Below are positions 9,087-16,174 of a stretch of 16,174 bases of DNA, piece by piece. The notes beneath the pieces were generated by a model that was not told where the DNA came from, made no database searches, and saw only the letters and a program-made list of their open reading frames with translations. Location of the stretch: positions 1 through 16,174 of the forward strand of contig JBDGSM010000018.1 of the NCBI GenBank assembly GCA_042217545.1, read 5' to 3'. The DNA is from Candidatus Nanohalobium sp. GTDB taxonomy: Archaea; Nanohalarchaeota; Nanosalinia; Nanosalinales; Nanosalinaceae. Position 1 is the stretch's first letter. Each line of letters begins with the position of its first letter. The translations under genes were made by a program, and so were the position numbers.

Positions 9087-9873
9087 TTATTCCCGGTTGA
9101 CTGTTGCGCCTGCTGAGGCCTCGGTATTGGATGATGCTTCTCTATCCTCCGTCCGCGTCTCCGAGTTCGGGCTGGCGGATGCGTTGATTGACGTGTCTAT
9201 ATCTGTCTTGAAATCTGCCTTGGAGTCTTCTTTCTCCGCTTTGACCTTGAAGTCATTCTGGTCAGGTACTTTGACAGTGATTTTTCCGTCTGCATCTGTC
9301 TTTCCCTGGAATTCGCCGTTTACTCTTACTTCTGCATTCGCTACTGCTTCTCCTTTTTGTGTGGCGGTGACTGTGACGTTGTTACCTGTTTTGATCTTTC
9401 CAGAAATGTTCAGCTGGATTCTGCTCTGTTCCCCCTTCTTCTGTTTGTTTGCTGATTTGTTCTTGTCTTTACCTGATAGGAAGGCCGTGATGGCTGCGAA
9501 AATTCCCTGATGGTCTCCGGACTTTGCTTCTTCGCTCACCTGAGCTCCTGCGCCATTCGAGTTGTTGTTATGTGCCTGGCTTGGAGTTCCTTTGTTTTCT
9601 GCGTGTTCTGAGGCCTTTACATCTGCTTTTGCAGAGCTCTTTCCCTCCATGTCGCTTACTCTTTCCTGGAGAGATGAAAGCTTCTGCTTGATCTGTGCCA
9701 GTTGTTTCTGTATGTGATCCAATGCGTTCATGATTCCTGTGTCTGCGGAGGCGTTGACCCCCCGTGTTGCTCTGTGTGGTTGTATGGGCCGATTGTGCGG
9801 CTGTTGGGGCTGCCATTCCCAGTAGCAGACCTGCTACCAGGAAGGCGGTCGTGAAACTGTTTTTGAAGTTCAC
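9087..9873 (-). pseudogene. Secreted protein (signal peptide, coiled coil, C-terminal beta-sandwich-like domain) split by an extra G in a G6 run
   Basis: GTG 9873 gives a signal-peptide-like MNFKNSFTTAFLVAGLLLGMAAPTAAQS. Removing one G from the run at 9758-9763 (C6 on +) yields TGVNASADTGI fused to ORF 9087-9731, which has the VTVTA...V.NAEVRVNG...GKTDADGKITV beta-sandwich pattern. Confidence 0.7.
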
Positions 9874-10003
9874 TGAGTTCTTCAGGCCTTTACTGCTGTT
9901 TCCAGGCCTTTTTGTTGTTTTGTTCGTGGATGTTCCTCTTCCCGGGAGGAAACTTTTTTCCTGTTTCCGGGGTTGCCCTGGATCGTGTCGTTGATATGAC
10001 CTT

Positions 10004-10518
10004 TCAGGCCTTTATTCCTTTTTCCATACCTTTGCCGGGGTTTGGAGGTTTCTTCTTTTTCTGTTTTTCTATTGCTTTCTGTATCTTCTTCTGGGCCTTG
10101 AATGGGACTTTTTTCTTGATCTCTTCTAGTTTGCTGATGTCTCTGTTCGATATATTCTGGAGTTTTTCGGTCAGGTTTCTGTTTTTCGTTTTGTTCACCA
10201 GTGTTCTGGACTTCTCCATGCTGAAATGGTACTGATTCACCAGATCTGAAGCTTTATCTGACATATTTCTCCTGGCCATCACGTTGGCCTCGGCAAGAGA
10301 CTCCTCCGCGTTGTTTGTTATCGCTTTGGCCTTTAGATCCGGCCCCCGATCATACCTGCAAGGCCTACTTCAAGGCCTTCCACAAAGTTTTCAAGAGGAT
10401 AGAGCAGGTCTCCCGGGACCATTCCGGGATCTGTTGAACTTGATTTCTGAGGAGGCTTCGCTGAGACCGAGGCTGTCAGAACTACAAGTGCTGAAAGTAC
10501 TAATGCGGTCTTCCTCAT
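10004..10518 (-). pseudogene. Secreted DUF5667-like protein split by a missing G in a G5 run; 3' end uncertain
   Basis: Signal peptide MRKTALVLSALVVLTASVSA, then PGMVPGDLLYPLENFVE. Adding one G at 10343-10347 gives GGPDLKAKAITNNAEESLAEANV joined to ORF 10004-10282. The 'PGD.LY.L....E...KA......A.E.L.EA' pattern is DUF5667-like. Other frames remain open toward about 9880, so another indel near 10010-10023 is possible. Confidence 0.65.
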
Positions 10519-10540
10519 ACCTCTCTAAAAACTCCGCACC

Positions 10541-10550
10541 GTTTTAAAAG
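10541..10550 (-). promoter_or_regulatory. Putative TATA box for the secreted-protein pair
   Basis: CTTTTAAAAC on the minus strand, 23-32 nt upstream of ATG 10518. Confidence 0.55.
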
Positions 10551-10635
10551 GGATATGTGAACAATCGTTTATTCGGGGCTCCCTGTTCTCGCTATGGAGG
10601 TTCTGAGCTTTTTTCAACAGTTCAATTTTGTTTAA

Positions 10636-10699
10636 CAGGCCTGAAAGCGACTCGTTACGAGCGGTGGCTGTTCTTTCCGGGAAGTGCTTTTCGGGCCTG
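10636..10699. other. Intergenic inverted repeat enclosing two small hairpins (possible structured RNA or cruciform)
   Basis: CAGGCCTGAAAGC (10636-10648) pairs with GCTTTTCGGGCCTG (10686-10699) with one bulge and one G-U. Inner hairpins are CTCG-TTA-CGAG and CTTT-CCGG-GAAG. Confidence 0.4.
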
Positions 10700-10756
10700 A
10701 GATCCCGGGTTTGACTGCCGGTAGATTTAAGCTGTTTTGTTGGACAAGGTAGATGT

Positions 10757-11164
10757 ATGGAGCTACGTGACTGGGCTGGTATGGCGACATATGGTCTTTC
10801 TGTTCTCTTCCTGATGTCCGTGTTTCTTACTGGTTCTGCAGGCCATGAGGCCTCGAATGTCTCTGATGTGAAGCTTGTTCAGAAGCATTCTCAGACATCT
10901 TTTGATACTGCGGCGCTGGAACTTACTGTTTCGGGTAATGCCAGTGTCTCTGGCGGTGATGCAGGTCTCAGGGTTAACTCTACGTCTTTCAGGAACGATA
11001 CTCTGAGGGTTGATCTCGATGCTGTCTCACAGAATCTCTCCCGGGATGCTCCAGAGAGAAGCCTTAACTACAGTTTAAAGGTGGGGATGGGGTCGCAGCT
11101 GCCGGACAGAGTTCTTGTTTACGGTCCTTCGGGAAGAACCGATCTCTTCAGGCCTGAGAGCTAG
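10757..11164 (+). CDS. Hypothetical secreted or membrane-anchored protein with several N-glycosylation sequons
   Basis: N-terminal hydrophobic segment; sequons NVS, NAS, NST, NDT, NLS, NYS; upstream ATTTAAG (10725-10731) at TATA distance. Confidence 0.75.
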   Translation: MELRDWAGMATYGLSVLFLMSVFLTGSAGHEASNVSDVKLVQKHSQTSFDTAALELTVSGNASVSGGDAGLRVNSTSFRNDTLRVDLDAVSQNLSRDAPERSLNYSLKVGMGSQLPDRVLVYGPSGRTDLFRPES

Positions 11165-11212
11165 TTTTCTCATGGCAGGGGGTTTAAGTTTCCTGTGCTG
11201 TAAAGAATGTGT

Positions 11213-12040
11213 ATGAACCTGGAGTTTGATCTGGAGCAGTACCCACGGGAGATAATAGTTTCGACATGCCTTCTAACTGTTCTGGGCGCGATGCAGTTTT
11301 TGCCTGATGGATCTCTAAACTTTTTACCGTTCAAAGGATTTTTCCAGGGCCTTTTCGCGAATACTGTGGGATTTGTCTCCTTCGTGTTCTCGGTATCCAG
11401 ACTACACATCAAACTGGGATACAGCGGGTACGTGCTCGGTTTCCTGATGCTTATGGTTGTGCTATCCACTTTTGCGTACAGGAAATCTTCCTGGATAGTA
11501 CATTTCCTTGCGACAGCAACGGTTGCACTGTACGGTTTCCTGGCGCTGATAATGGCGTTCCTGTTCCCAGCCCTTGTACCGGATGTACAGGTGTTAGGCC
11601 TTGGAGTGCAGGTCATCTTTATCGGCCTTGCAGCAACCGAACTTTACAAGCTACTGGACTCAGATGATTTCGAGTTCGAGGCCTTCAGGAGCGGTTACGC
11701 GGCTGCTGTCTGGCAGACTGTGTTTGGAACTGCTTTCCTGGGTTTCCTTCAGTACGTCGGCGACTACCAGGCTCTAGGTCCCGTGATGACAGGAGTATTT
11801 GTGATTCTCGGCCTCCTGGGAATTGTGATGATGTTTTCAGCTTACGAACTTGCTATCAACACGCGGAGAGGCTTCTACATGAGCTTTGGATTCCTCTTTT
11901 TGCTGTTCGTGGCCGCGATTATCGCAGGATCCCTTCTAGGCGTCCTGGTTCCTTTCGGCCTGATGATACTTCTATGGGTCAACAGGAAGGCCTACGGCGT
12001 GGAGTACGAGTTCCCGGACTTCGAAAGCTACCTGCCGTAG
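11213..12040 (+). CDS. Hypothetical polytopic membrane protein (about 8-9 TM)
   Basis: Long ORF dominated by hydrophobic segments with acidic ends. TTTAAG at 11183-11188 favours ATG 11213 over 11207. No family recognised. Confidence 0.8.
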   Translation: MNLEFDLEQYPREIIVSTCLLTVLGAMQFLPDGSLNFLPFKGFFQGLFANTVGFVSFVFSVSRLHIKLGYSGYVLGFLMLMVVLSTFAYRKSSWIVHFLATATVALYGFLALIMAFLFPALVPDVQVLGLGVQVIFIGLAATELYKLLDSDDFEFEAFRSGYAAAVWQTVFGTAFLGFLQYVGDYQALGPVMTGVFVILGLLGIVMMFSAYELAINTRRGFYMSFGFLFLLFVAAIIAGSLLGVLVPFGLMILLWVNRKAYGVEYEFPDFESYLP

Positions 12041-12088
12041 AAACCGGTCTCCGTAAGCATTACATAACTTGTGACCCAGTTATCGAGT

Positions 12089-13249
12089 ATGGTTGACAGA
12101 GAAGAAGCACTGGAACTTCACAGCAAAAACCCCGGAAAAATCTCCGTAGAGCCCTCGGTAGAGATAGAGTCCAGGGAAGACCTCAACCTAGTATATACGC
12201 CAGGAGTGGCAGAACCCTGCAGGGAGATCTCACGTGGCAGGGAGAAAGCATACAAATACACTTCTAAAGGAAACCTCGTCGCAGTAGTTTCCGACGGAAC
12301 AGCAGTACTCGGCCTTGGAAACATAGGGCCTGAGGCCTCGATGCCGGTGATGGAGGGAAAAGCCGACCTGATGAAGAAGTTTGGAGAAGTCGACGGATTT
12401 CCGGTCTGTATCAATGCGGACTCCGCAGAAGATATCGTGGAGCATGTCGAGAGAGAAGCTCCGACCTATGGGGCGATAAACCTTGAAGACATCCGTGCAC
12501 CAAGATGTTTCAAGGCAGAGGAACAGCTCAAGGAGAAACTGGATATACCTGTCTTCCATGATGATCAGCACGGCACGGCGATCGTCGTACTTGCCGCGCT
12601 GAGAAACGCGCTCCAGATCTCCGGCAAAAAACTTTCAGAAGTCAAGATAGTTATATCGGGAGCAGGAGCATCAGGTATAGCGGTCGCAAACTTCCTGATT
12701 GAAGCAGGGGCTGAAGAGATACTACCTGTGGATTCGTCGGGCATACTGAGAACCAACGATGAAAACAGATACAAGGGAGAGCTCGCAGCCAGGACAGAGG
12801 CAAGAACGGAGACAGGAGGCCTTGAAGATGCAATGGAAGGCGCGGACGTGTTCATAGGTCTCTCGGCGCCAGGAATAGTTAATAAAGATATGATTAAATC
12901 AATGAACGATGATCCGATCGTCTTCGCACTTGCAAACCCTGATCCAGAGATACTGCCTGAAGATGCAAGGGAGGCAGGAGCCTTCATCACTGCTACAGGA
13001 GGAAGTGACTTTGACAACCAGGTCAATAACTCGCTAGCATTTCCCGGAGTTTTCCGCGGCGCACTGGATATTAAGGCCTCTGAGATCAATGAGGAGATGA
13101 AAAAAGCTGCTTCAAAGGCCATAAGTGAGTTTATTGAACCAGAGAAAGACAAGATAGTGCCTGAGACTCTGGACAAGGACCTGGCGATGGAGATCGCTGA
13201 AGAAGTGGCTGAGGCAGCCAGGGAGACTGGAGTCGCGAGAAAGAGTTGA
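12089..13249 (+). CDS. NAD(P)-dependent malic enzyme (short type, no PTA domain)
   Basis: YTPGVAEPC, VSDGTAVLGLGNIG, PVMEGKA, INLEDI, FHDDQHGTA, GAGASG, FALANPDPEI, NQVNNSLAFPG. ATG 12089 preferred over GTG 12071. Confidence 0.96.
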   Translation: MVDREEALELHSKNPGKISVEPSVEIESREDLNLVYTPGVAEPCREISRGREKAYKYTSKGNLVAVVSDGTAVLGLGNIGPEASMPVMEGKADLMKKFGEVDGFPVCINADSAEDIVEHVEREAPTYGAINLEDIRAPRCFKAEEQLKEKLDIPVFHDDQHGTAIVVLAALRNALQISGKKLSEVKIVISGAGASGIAVANFLIEAGAEEILPVDSSGILRTNDENRYKGELAARTEARTETGGLEDAMEGADVFIGLSAPGIVNKDMIKSMNDDPIVFALANPDPEILPEDAREAGAFITATGGSDFDNQVNNSLAFPGVFRGALDIKASEINEEMKKAASKAISEFIEPEKDKIVPETLDKDLAMEIAEEVAEAARETGVARKS

Positions 13250-13295
13250 GACCTTTCGGAATCCTTTTCAGTTTTCCTTTCTCTACTATTTTTCC

Positions 13296-14186
13296 ATGGA
13301 TGAAGAAGTAAAGAAGAAGTATGTCCGTTCGGGAAAAGTGATCCAGAAAGCCAGGAAGAAGGCAAGAAAGATAGCTGAACCAGGAACGGAGTACAGGGAG
13401 ATAGCTGAAACCCTGGAGAAACTTATACGGGATGAAGGCCTGGAACCTGCTTTCCCTGTCAATCTCTCGGCTGATGAAGAAGCAGCTCATTACTCCCCTG
13501 GAACAGATACTGAACGGGTCCTGAAGAAGGAAGAAGTCCTGAAGATAGATATAGGCGCTCACTGCGATGGATACATTGCGGACACTGCTGTAACCGTAAA
13601 TCCTTCAGGCAAACATCAGGAAATGATTGAGACAAACCGCCAAGTCCTGGAGAAGGCCCTGGAGTTCATCGAACCAGGTAAAACTGTCGGTGAGTTTGGA
13701 ACTTTTGTCCAGAACCAGATACCGGATGAATACAGTGTTATCAGAAACCTTACAGGCCATTCCCTTGGCCATTACACCCAGCACGCAGGCCTGTCGATCC
13801 CGAACAACAGGAACAAGTCCAGACATGTCTTCGAAAAGGGAGACGCTGTTGCAATCGAGCCATTCTTATCTACTGGAAGTGGAAAGATCAAGGAAGGTAA
13901 AGAAGGTAATATCTACCTGGAGAAGGGCGGAAACGTTAGAGGCCGTGCAGAGAGAAAACTTCTGAAGAAGATAGAGAGCTTTCAAGGCCTGCCGTTCTCT
14001 CCGAGGTGGTTCGACAGCTTTTCAGGGAGAGAAAGGATAGCTCTGAAGAAACTGGTACAGTCAGGAGCTGTAAAGTCGTATCCAATCCTCAGAGAAGTCG
14101 ATAAAGGGATTGTAACTCAGGCCGAGCATACAGTCCTGATAGGCGTTGACGACGGAGAGAACATAGTCACTACTCGTTCTGAATAG
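13296..14186 (+). CDS. map: Methionine aminopeptidase type II
   Basis: AFPVNLS...AAHYSP, KIDIGAHCDGYIADTA, NLTGHSLG, AIEPF, helical insertion and QAEHT, as in the archaeal type II enzyme. Confidence 0.96.
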   Translation: MDEEVKKKYVRSGKVIQKARKKARKIAEPGTEYREIAETLEKLIRDEGLEPAFPVNLSADEEAAHYSPGTDTERVLKKEEVLKIDIGAHCDGYIADTAVTVNPSGKHQEMIETNRQVLEKALEFIEPGKTVGEFGTFVQNQIPDEYSVIRNLTGHSLGHYTQHAGLSIPNNRNKSRHVFEKGDAVAIEPFLSTGSGKIKEGKEGNIYLEKGGNVRGRAERKLLKKIESFQGLPFSPRWFDSFSGRERIALKKLVQSGAVKSYPILREVDKGIVTQAEHTVLIGVDDGENIVTTRSE

Positions 14187-14691
14187 CGCAGACCTCGGGA
14201 TTCCCGGTCCTGCCGATGAAGTAGATCAGCAGGCCCATGCCCGTGGCTCTTACAAGGCCGCCCTGGAACGGCATCGCTGCTAGCACTCCTGTAAGTCCCA
14301 GGAAACCCAGTAGGCCTACTCCACAGCCCGCGCATCCCGCAGCGATAAATCCTGGCAGAATACCGGAGATTTCTCATTTTTGCTCCTGAGGCCTTCATCT
14401 GCGTCCAGAAGTTGGTAAGCACTATCCCTGTCAAAAGGCTATAGAGAGCTACCGTTGCAGTATTAGTTATGCCGCCCGAGAGATAGGTTCCCATTATTCT
14501 GAACTGTATCGAAGGTATCCAGTACTCTATACCAGCTGAAAACATCTGTAAGCTGTATCCTGGGTTGCTGCTTAATGCCAGAAGGATAAAAGTTAAAGAG
14601 GAAAAAGAACGGTTACTGAGGCCTTTCTCCAGTCCTGGAGAGCTGCCTCAAGGCCTTTAGGAAGTTTTCCAAGCCAGTTCTCCGGTTTCAT
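14170..14691 (-). pseudogene. About 4-TM membrane protein with a GCAGCG (CxxC) motif, coupled to the upstream DsbA; interrupted by two indels
   Basis: ATG 14691 overlaps the DsbA stop (ATGA) and gives MKPENWLGKLPKGLEAALQDWRKASVTVLF. Adding one T to the run at 14602-14606 (A5 on +) continues SSLTFILLALSSNPGYSLQ into ORF 14545 (MFSAGIEYW...AKMR). A second shift near 14370 gives ISGILPGFIAAGCAGCGVGLLGFLGLTGVLAAMPFQGGLVRATGMGLLIYFIGRTGNPEVCAIQNE*, stop at 14172-14170. Confidence 0.8.
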
Positions 14692-15641
14692 TTGTTGAGT
14701 TCGCTGTCAAGCACGTCCACGAATCTGGAGTATGGCTGTGCTCCTACAACTCTCGTGGCGCTGTCGGAGTTTGAACGGTAGATCAGGAATCCTGGCGTGC
14801 CCGAGATTCCCTTGTTACGTCCTTCTGATTTGTCCTCGTTGATCGCACTTGCTACGCCCGAGTCCAGGCATGACTGTATGGCGCTCTTGCTGACTCCTTC
14901 CTGTGACGCCCAGTCCTTGATCTTGCTGTCCACATTCGAGCTGCTGACCACTTTCTGGTTGTCGTAGACCTTCTTCTTGACCGACCAGAACGTGTCATTG
15001 CCACCTTCCTGGTAGACGCATTCCATAACATGAGCGGCGTCCTTGGCCCATGGGTGGATTCGAGGAGGTAGAGGATAATCCTTCCATACTACTTTTACCT
15101 TGCCTGTGTCGATGTAGTTGGTCTTGATCCTCGGGAAGGTGTTGGATTCGAAACGCTCACAGTAAGGACATTCAAAGTCCTCGTACATCACCATGGTGAC
15201 TGGTGCATCTTTCTTCCCCATCACCGGATCGTTCTTGTAGGTCAGGCCTGAAACAGAGACACCTGTCTTGATGCCTGGCGGACTGTTGCTTCCGCTACCA
15301 CCTGTACCGTTGTTCGAGGGCGCATTGCCTGTTTGTGTTCCGGGAATATTTAGACCGGAACCCGATGCCAGAAGGCCTGAAGAGAGGCCTACCGCGACGC
15401 CCAGGACGAAAACGGTCAGGAATGCAAGTCTCAGAGGTATCTGTACAGAACCAGAATCAGAAGGCTCCACAGTTTCAGTTAGATCAATATCCTCTATATC
15501 CTCGTCCGCCTGTGCTTCAGTATTGTTTTCCACATCTTTCTCATCTGCTTCTCCTCCGTGAACCCGGCCCTCGTGAATATGCAGGCCTCGTTCCGAGTCG
15601 AACTCTTCACCGCAGATATCGCACTTATAGCTGTCCGCCAT
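14688..15641 (-). CDS. DsbA-family thiol-disulfide oxidoreductase with N-terminal C2H2 zinc finger, acidic linker and TM anchor
   Basis: DPVMGKKDAPVTMVMYEDFECPYC, DYPL...HPWA, cis-Pro GISGTPGF, VVGAQPY; TM segment LAFLTVFVLGVAVGLSSGLLA; N-terminal CDIC-x12-H-x4-H. Confidence 0.94.
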   Translation of the reverse strand: MADSYKCDICGEEFDSERGLHIHEGRVHGGEADEKDVENNTEAQADEDIEDIDLTETVEPSDSGSVQIPLRLAFLTVFVLGVAVGLSSGLLASGSGLNIPGTQTGNAPSNNGTGGSGSNSPPGIKTGVSVSGLTYKNDPVMGKKDAPVTMVMYEDFECPYCERFESNTFPRIKTNYIDTGKVKVVWKDYPLPPRIHPWAKDAAHVMECVYQEGGNDTFWSVKKKVYDNQKVVSSSNVDSKIKDWASQEGVSKSAIQSCLDSGVASAINEDKSEGRNKGISGTPGFLIYRSNSDSATRVVGAQPYSRFVDVLDSELNK

Positions 15642-15684
15642 ACATATATACAGAATAAGAGATGTTAATAAAGAGAAGGGTTAA

Positions 15685-15700
15685 AGGGAGGTAACTCCCT
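15685..15700 (-). terminator. Hairpin followed by a pyrimidine tract downstream of cdc48
   Basis: Minus strand reads AGGGAG-TTAC-CTCCCT then TTAACCCTTCTCTTT, beginning 13 nt after the cdc48 stop. Confidence 0.5.
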
Positions 15701-15712
15701 CATAAAAGGCCT

Positions 15713-16174
15713 TTAAGCGTAGTAGTCAGGAGTGTCGTCTTCGTCCTGCTCGATCTTGTTCATCCTCTGGGTCATCGCCCTGTACTGCTCAAGGTTATCC
15801 TTCGTCGCAGTAGGCCTCACATCTTCAAGAGCGTTCTCAAAGTCTTCCATGGTCGCTTCATCGGAATCGATGTCGCTACGCAGAGCGTTCATGCCTGCTT
15901 CACGGCAGATCGACTCTATATCGGAACCTACAAAGCCTTCTGTCCTGGAAGCAAGATCATCTAGGTCTACATCATCACTGACGGGCATATCCCGCGTATG
16001 GACATCGAAGATCTTTCTCCTGGACTCCTCATCCGGGACCTCGACTTCAACGTTCCTATCAATACGTCCAGGCCTCATAATTGCTGGATCGATCATGTCA
16101 GGCCTGTTCGTCGCCGCGATAACTGTCACGCCTTCCAGGGACTCGATTCCATCAAGCTCTGTAAGCAACTGGTT
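15713..16174 (-). CDS. cdc48: CDC48/VAT-family AAA+ ATPase, C-terminal part of the second AAA domain; runs in from the right edge
   Basis: NQLLTELDG...VIAATNRPDMIDPAIMRPGRIDR (second region of homology), TEGFVGSDIESICREA, DFENALEDVRPT; the frame is open to the edge. Confidence 0.93.
   Translation of the reverse strand, partial: NQLLTELDGIESLEGVTVIAATNRPDMIDPAIMRPGRIDRNVEVEVPDEESRRKIFDVHTRDMPVSDDVDLDDLASRTEGFVGSDIESICREAGMNALRSDIDSDEATMEDFENALEDVRPTATKDNLEQYRAMTQRMNKIEQDEDDTPDYYA

Larger units (their letters stand above)
37..16105. repeat. Highly iterated 6-bp palindrome AGGCCT dispersed across the window
   Basis: About 59 copies by manual count (e.g. 37, 152, 834, 1086, 1304, 1903, 2329, 2441, 2589, 3257, 4889, 5702, 6965, 7380, 8697, 9002, 9058, 10361, 10373, 10637, 12333, 13985, 14312, 15373, 15385, 15707, 16070, 16100) versus about 4 expected at equal base frequencies. 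Confidence 0.92.

Noticed and set aside
9073..10698. 11-bp inverted repeat AGGCCCGAAAA (9073-9083) and TTTTCGGGCCT (10688-10698) bracketing the secreted-protein pair, as possible transposon ends
   Set aside because: Short, built on the already enriched AGGCC core, with no transposase or target-site duplication evident.
12993..13019. Malic enzyme reads ATGGSDFDNQ where ATGRSD.PNQ is usual
   Set aside because: Other catalytic motifs are intact; a single-base difference could be variation or sequencing error and cannot be judged here.
2740..13365. Long antisense ORFs such as 2740-3342, 4417-4899, 7833-8306, 9097-9510 and 12565-13365
   Set aside because: Ser/Phe/Leu-rich shadows of acidic genes on the opposite strand, with no recognisable motifs.
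14117..14370. C-terminal half of track ORF 14117-14545 (RYSARIYRCG...)
   Set aside because: Out-of-frame read-through after an indel; the alternative frame gives a coherent hydrophobic CxxC domain ending at 14170.
14626..14641. Hairpin TCTCCAG-TC-CTGGAGA with AGGCCT on both sides, as a terminator or REP element
   Set aside because: Lies inside the reconstructed coding sequence (ALQDWRK) and has only a 2-nt loop.
1..16174. CRISPR array, tRNA/rRNA, integrase or transposase
   Set aside because: No regularly spaced long repeats, cloverleaf or recombinase motifs seen; AGGCCT copies are only 6 bp and irregularly spaced.

Overview
Compact archaeal chromosomal segment. Acidic D/E-rich cytoplasmic proteins, TATA boxes about 21-36 nt upstream of start codons, ATGA gene overlaps, a type II methionine aminopeptidase, CDC48 and a fused ADP-forming acetate-CoA ligase suggest a halophilic DPANN archaeon such as Nanohaloarchaeota (inference). 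The core is a fermentative cluster: a four-gene pyruvate/2-oxoacid dehydrogenase operon divergent from acetate-CoA ligase, with malic enzyme nearby. Two DsbA-family paralogues flank it, each with an N-terminal C2H2 zinc finger and a TM anchor. One is coupled to an Ogg-type glycosylase (partial); the other is coupled to a CxxC-containing membrane protein that the ORF track splits. Main novelties: (1) the palindrome AGGCCT occurs about 59 times by manual count versus about 4 expected, in all codon phases and in intergenic DNA, like a cyanobacterial HIP1; (2) a ZnF-TM-DsbA plus GCAGCG membrane protein pair, a candidate non-DsbB/VKOR disulfide relay; (3) five clear frameshifts and one possible one, all in poorly characterised genes; (4) a 48-aa P-type ATPase N-terminal remnant; (5) a possible three-way-junction structure at 10636-10699. 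No tRNA, rRNA, CRISPR array or transposase was recognised.
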